Shown here: positions 60,001 through 64,000 of the stretch, in pieces
Position numbering within the stretch: the first letter of the stretch is position 1
How the letters are laid out: every line of letters starts with the position of its first letter
Assembly (NCBI RefSeq): GCF_902713615.1
Contig: NC_052146.1
Location: 163,508,527-163,572,526, forward strand
Reading direction: 5' to 3'
Source of the DNA: Scyliorhinus canicula
Lineage: Eukaryota
Length of the DNA stretch: 64,000 nt
Translations under genes and position numbers: made by a program
Notes under the pieces: generated by a model
The model's input: the letters and a program-made list of their open reading frames with translations, nothing else
Database searches by the model: none
Told to the model about the DNA's origin: nothing

Positions 60001-61797
60001 AGGTGCTGCAATGCAGGTCCCAGTCACAGATGGGCATTGCCAAGGTGCTGCAGACCATGCCCCAGTCCCAGCTGGGCACTGCATCGACACCATATATTGC
60101 GGACATTGGGGAGCCGCCAGGGCTGGTAGAACCAGATGATGGAGGAGCAGCGGAGGCTCAATCCAGCTGCCTCTTGACCCCAAGTTGAACTCCAGGGCCC
60201 AATGGGCATTAAACAGGAGGAGGGGATGCTGGGTGTCAACTTGGAACCACCCTACGGAGTAGTGATGACGGACACCAGCTCCCCCGAGTTCCACCCCCTG
60301 ACAATGGCACATCTTGGAGCCAGCACCAGAACAGGGTGTCATGGCAGGACATGTGCCACCGGCAAGTGGGCCCTCCAGCTCCAGAGCCCCCAGAGGATGC
60401 CTGCCAGGGGCATCAAAGGCCATTGGACGCGATAGGCAGCAGGTTGCCTTCACCACTGTTGTGCATCCTAGGGACACATCCTAGGTAGAGCCCGGAAGGT
60501 TAAGCAGGTCGAGGATTACTGAGAGGGGACGGGGGGGAGGGGGTTTGGAGGTAAGGGAGGGAGGGTGCTTTGAGGGGGGAAAGGGGCAGGGGGACAGAAT
60601 TCGGGGGGTGAGGAAGGTTGGGCGGCAGTATTGGGGACACATAAGTACAGCATTTTAAAAAGTTGCACCCGAGAAATATGACAGCTCTGGCAATTTCTTC
60701 AGCAATGCAGGCCGAGCACCAATCCCCTGCCCCAGCTCCCCAGGCGTAGAGGTCCTGGGTGCTGCAGTGAGAGCCCCTGGTTACCGAACTCCAGACACTG
60801 TAACCACAGCCACCCACACGTAACATTACCTGGACCGGGCGCTAATCCCCTCCCTGGTGCAGTCACCCACCCTCTGGTGGCTGAAATGTGCCCGGTGCAG
60901 GGGCCATCCCTGGGTGTTTGGATGTTGGCTGCTGCGTCTGTGGTGTCGCCTCCTGCAGTGTTCAGACACAGTGTCCAGGCATCACGGTCTGATTGGGATG
61001 CTCAGCAATAACTCCCACACGCTACATGGACTGCCCACCCACCGGGATCCATTTGGGAGTTCTGAAGTGCTCACTTCACTATGATTGCTAATTCCCAACT
61101 AGCAATAGGCTTCAACCATGTGGCCAGAGGCCTCCTCGGTCAGTGGGTGTTCTGAGTGGTGGGTGGGGCAGACAGGCTGGGGTTGCCCCTGGAATAGGAA
61201 CACACGATCCAGGGGGGTGATATGGCGGACCCACCGGCACTGAGACACCCATCTGCCCCCTGCCCCCTCCCAGGCCATGTTGCGGGCAAACTCCGGCTCC
61301 TGCATCCCAGACCCCTCCCATTACCGATGGCGGTACACCCCGACCGAGACTGGCACCCAGATACTCACCCACCCCACACACATCCCCCAAACACTGGGGC
61401 AGCAACCCCACTGACACCGTGCTCATTGCCCGCGAGCGAAGATGGCTACTCACATCCTCGGATTTCCCACCCCCCCACAGCAGCCCTTCTGCCAGTTTCA
61501 TGGTTTTTAAAAGGTGTACTATCCGGCACCAGCGTGACCATTGTTGGGAAGGCCGTTAGATAGGGGGTCGCTCCCATTAATTGTATGAAGATTGGCTTTA
61601 AGTGGTTCTCACCATGTCACAGCCTGTTCCTGATTTCGCCAATGGGTGCGGGCCAGTTAGATCGCTAACTGATCAGCGCCTAACATGGTTCTCACTTTAA
61701 GCTTCTACCGTGATCTAACGGCCTCATCGCACTCTTGCTTAAGAGCAATGCGGCCATTAAGTCGTGTCTTTAGAAAACATTCTGTTAGATCGTGCCT
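57094..61797. mobile_element. Composite PIF/Harbinger cluster (MITE ~57094-58313, nested mini-MITE 57196-57382, Myb-bearing element to 61797)
   Basis: TIRs GGGCACGATCTAACGGA / TCTGTTAGATCGTGCCT; nested GGGTGGGATTTACC / GGATAATCCCACCC; repeated GTTAGATCG motifs. Confidence 0.7.
58544..60500 (+). pseudogene. Harbinger Myb/SANT-like (NAIF1/MSANTD-type) DNA-binding protein, spliced, frameshifted
   Basis: Exon1 RFRDANL..RLLDTV....LFP...WEEVAVAMSS.SVTRGTSTQCRKVNNL, donor GT 58759; exon2 from 59065 ERTQTGGRVLDIRVLTPYEEWVLEVMG; exon3 from 59327 after CTAAC...CTGCAG. Confidence 0.75.
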
Positions 61798-62384
61798 TAC
61801 GCTTCTCCCCGTCACCTGACAGCACATTAAAACTCGCCAAAAGCCCATGAGGCTGTCAGCATTCTGGAGTAGCATCTCCCAGGAGTATACACTGCTGAGA
61901 AAAGCAAGCATTTTGTTGTTATTGCACTTCATGATGACCTACATGTGCGAGGTTGGATTGTACGTTTTCACAATGATGAAGATGGCACAAAGGAACTTGT
62001 TGAAGTCTGCACCTGATACACACATTGCTCTCTGCTCTTTTGAACTGGATTCAAGTGCGATTGTGAGGACCAAGCAGGCTCCCCTTTCACATTAAAAGGT
62101 ATGTGGCGTGTGTCCCGAATTTTGGCCCTTCAGAACTGTCCACCCCTAGAACCCATTTGGCAAGAAATGAAAAGAGGTGGAATTCTAAATTCAGAAGAAA
62201 AATGTCCCTGGATTTGGAGTGAGAATACTGCTTCAATTATCATATTGAGGATAGGACCATCTTCTGTGCACAAGATGAGATGGGGTACTCAGTGTCCATC
62301 TGACTGTTGGGTACCCACATTCAGGGGGGAAGGAAAATGAGGGTGAAGGCCATTTCCCAGAAGGACCGACTGCATTATGCATTC

Positions 62385-64000
62385 TTAGTATGAGGAGTGT
62401 ACACGATGCAGATCCTCATTCTCAGTATGTGGAGAGTACACAATGCAGATTCTCATTCTCAGTATGTGGAGAGTACACAATGCAAATTCTCATTCTCAGT
62501 ATGTGGAGTGGACACAATGCAGATTCTCATTCTCAGTATGTGGAGTGGACACAATGCAGATTCTCATTCTCAGTATGTCGAGTGTACACAATGCAGATTC
62601 TCATTCTCAGTATGTGGAGAGTACACAATGCGGATCCTCACTCTCAGTATGTCGAGTGTACACAATGCAGATTCTCATTCTCAGTATGTGGAGTGGACAC
62701 AATGCGGATCCACATTTTCAGTGTGTGGAGTGGACACAATGCAGATTCTCATTCTCAGTATGTGGAGTGGACACAATGCGGATTCTCATTCTCAGTATGT
62801 GGAGAGTACACAATGCAGATTCTCATTCTCAGTATGTGGAGTGGACACAATGCGATTCTCATTCTCAGTATGTGGAGAGTACACAATGCAGATTCTCATT
62901 CTCAGTATGTGGAGTGTACACAATGCAGATTCTCATTCTCAGTATGTGGAGTAGACACAATGCGGATTCTCATTCTCAGTATGTGGAGTGTACACAATGC
63001 GGATTCTCATTCTCAGTATGTGGAGAGTACACAATGCAGATTCTCATTCTCAGTATGTGGAGAGTACACAATGCAGATTCTCATTCTCAGTATGTGGAGA
63101 GTACACAATGCAGATTCTCATTCTCAGTATGTGGAGTGGACACAATGCGGATCCTCATTCTCAGTATGTGGAGTGGACACAATGCGGATTCTCATTCTCA
63201 GTATGTGGAGTGGACACAATGTGGATTCTCAATCTCAGTATGTGGAGTGGACACAATGCGGATTCTCATTCTCAGTATGTGGAGTGGACACAATGCGGAT
63301 CCTCATTCTCAGTATGTGGAATGTACACAATGCAGATTCTCATTCTCAGTATGTGGAGTGGACACAATGCAGATCCTCATTCTCAGTATGTGGAGTGGAC
63401 ACAATGCAGATCCTCCATCTCAGTCTGTGGAGTGGACACAATGCAGATTCTCATTCTCAGTATGTGGAGTGTACACAATGCGGATCCTCCATCTCAGTAT
63501 GTGGAGTGGACACAATGCAGATCCTCCATCTCAGTATGTGGAGTGTACACAATGCAGATCCACATTTTCAGTGTGTGGAGTGTACACAATGCAGATTCTC
63601 ATTCTCGGTATGTGGAGAGTACACAATGCAGATCCTCCATCTCAGTATGTGGAGTGTACACAATGCGGATCCTCCATCTCAGTATGTGGAGTGGACACAA
63701 TGCGGATCCTCCATCTCAGTATGTGGAGTGGACACAATGCAGATCCTCATTCTCAGTATGTGGAGTGGGCACAATGCAGATTCTCATTCTCAGTATGTGG
63801 AGTGGACACAATGCAGATCCTCCATCTCAGTATGTGGAGTGGACACAATGCGGATCCTCCATCTCAGTATGTGGAGTGTACACAATGCGAATCCTCCATC
63901 TCAGTATGTGGAGTGGACACAATGCGGATCCACATTTTCAGTGTGTGGAGTGGACACAATGCAGATTCTCATTCTCAGTATGTGGAGTGTACACGATGCG
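62385..64000. repeat. 37-bp minisatellite (AGATTCTCATTCTCAGTATGTGGAGTGGACACAATGC), runs off window end
   Basis: Over 40 tandem units with a few recurring variant positions. Confidence 0.97.

Noticed and set aside
61931-62016. Box C/D snoRNA (ATGATGA 61931 and 61973, CTGA 62013)
   Set aside because: No terminal stem, no clear D' box and no convincing rRNA-complementary guide; an Rfam/snoscan search would be needed to revive it
62397-62954. 185-aa Cys/His-containing ORF resembling a zinc-finger protein
   Set aside because: Translation of the 37-bp tandem repeat cycling through three frames; no C2H2 spacing

Overview
Eukaryotic, gene-poor, repeat-saturated vertebrate DNA, very probably from a cartilaginous fish (shark). 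The species call is inferred from HE1/V-SINE-type SINEs with CR1 tails, a Deu-domain SINE and abundant CR1 LINEs. I recognise no host protein-coding gene, rRNA, tRNA gene or CRISPR array; every recognisable long ORF is transposon-derived. Layout: (1) ~2.7-22 kb is one Gypsy LTR retrotransposon shattered by nested L1, CR1, SINE and Harbinger-MITE insertions and then tandemly duplicated twice (a ~4.8 kb unit, then a near-identical 2.86 kb unit across the first junction). (2) 22-32 kb holds a solo LTR with a duplicated CCAAT/TATA module, MITEs, an 11-bp minisatellite and a 32-bp minisatellite with palindromic CACAGTG units. (3) 32-41 kb holds two long CR1 copies, a second Gypsy and a candidate conserved non-coding element. 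(4) 41-57 kb holds SINEs, a Penelope/LTR/Rex1 nest, a pogo-family deletion derivative and an L1 3' end. (5) 57-62 kb is a Harbinger cluster with a spliced Myb/SANT gene remnant. (6) 62.4-64 kb is a 37-bp minisatellite. I found no clearly novel multi-gene system; the most interesting signals are structural. Family assignments are by eye, without database searches.
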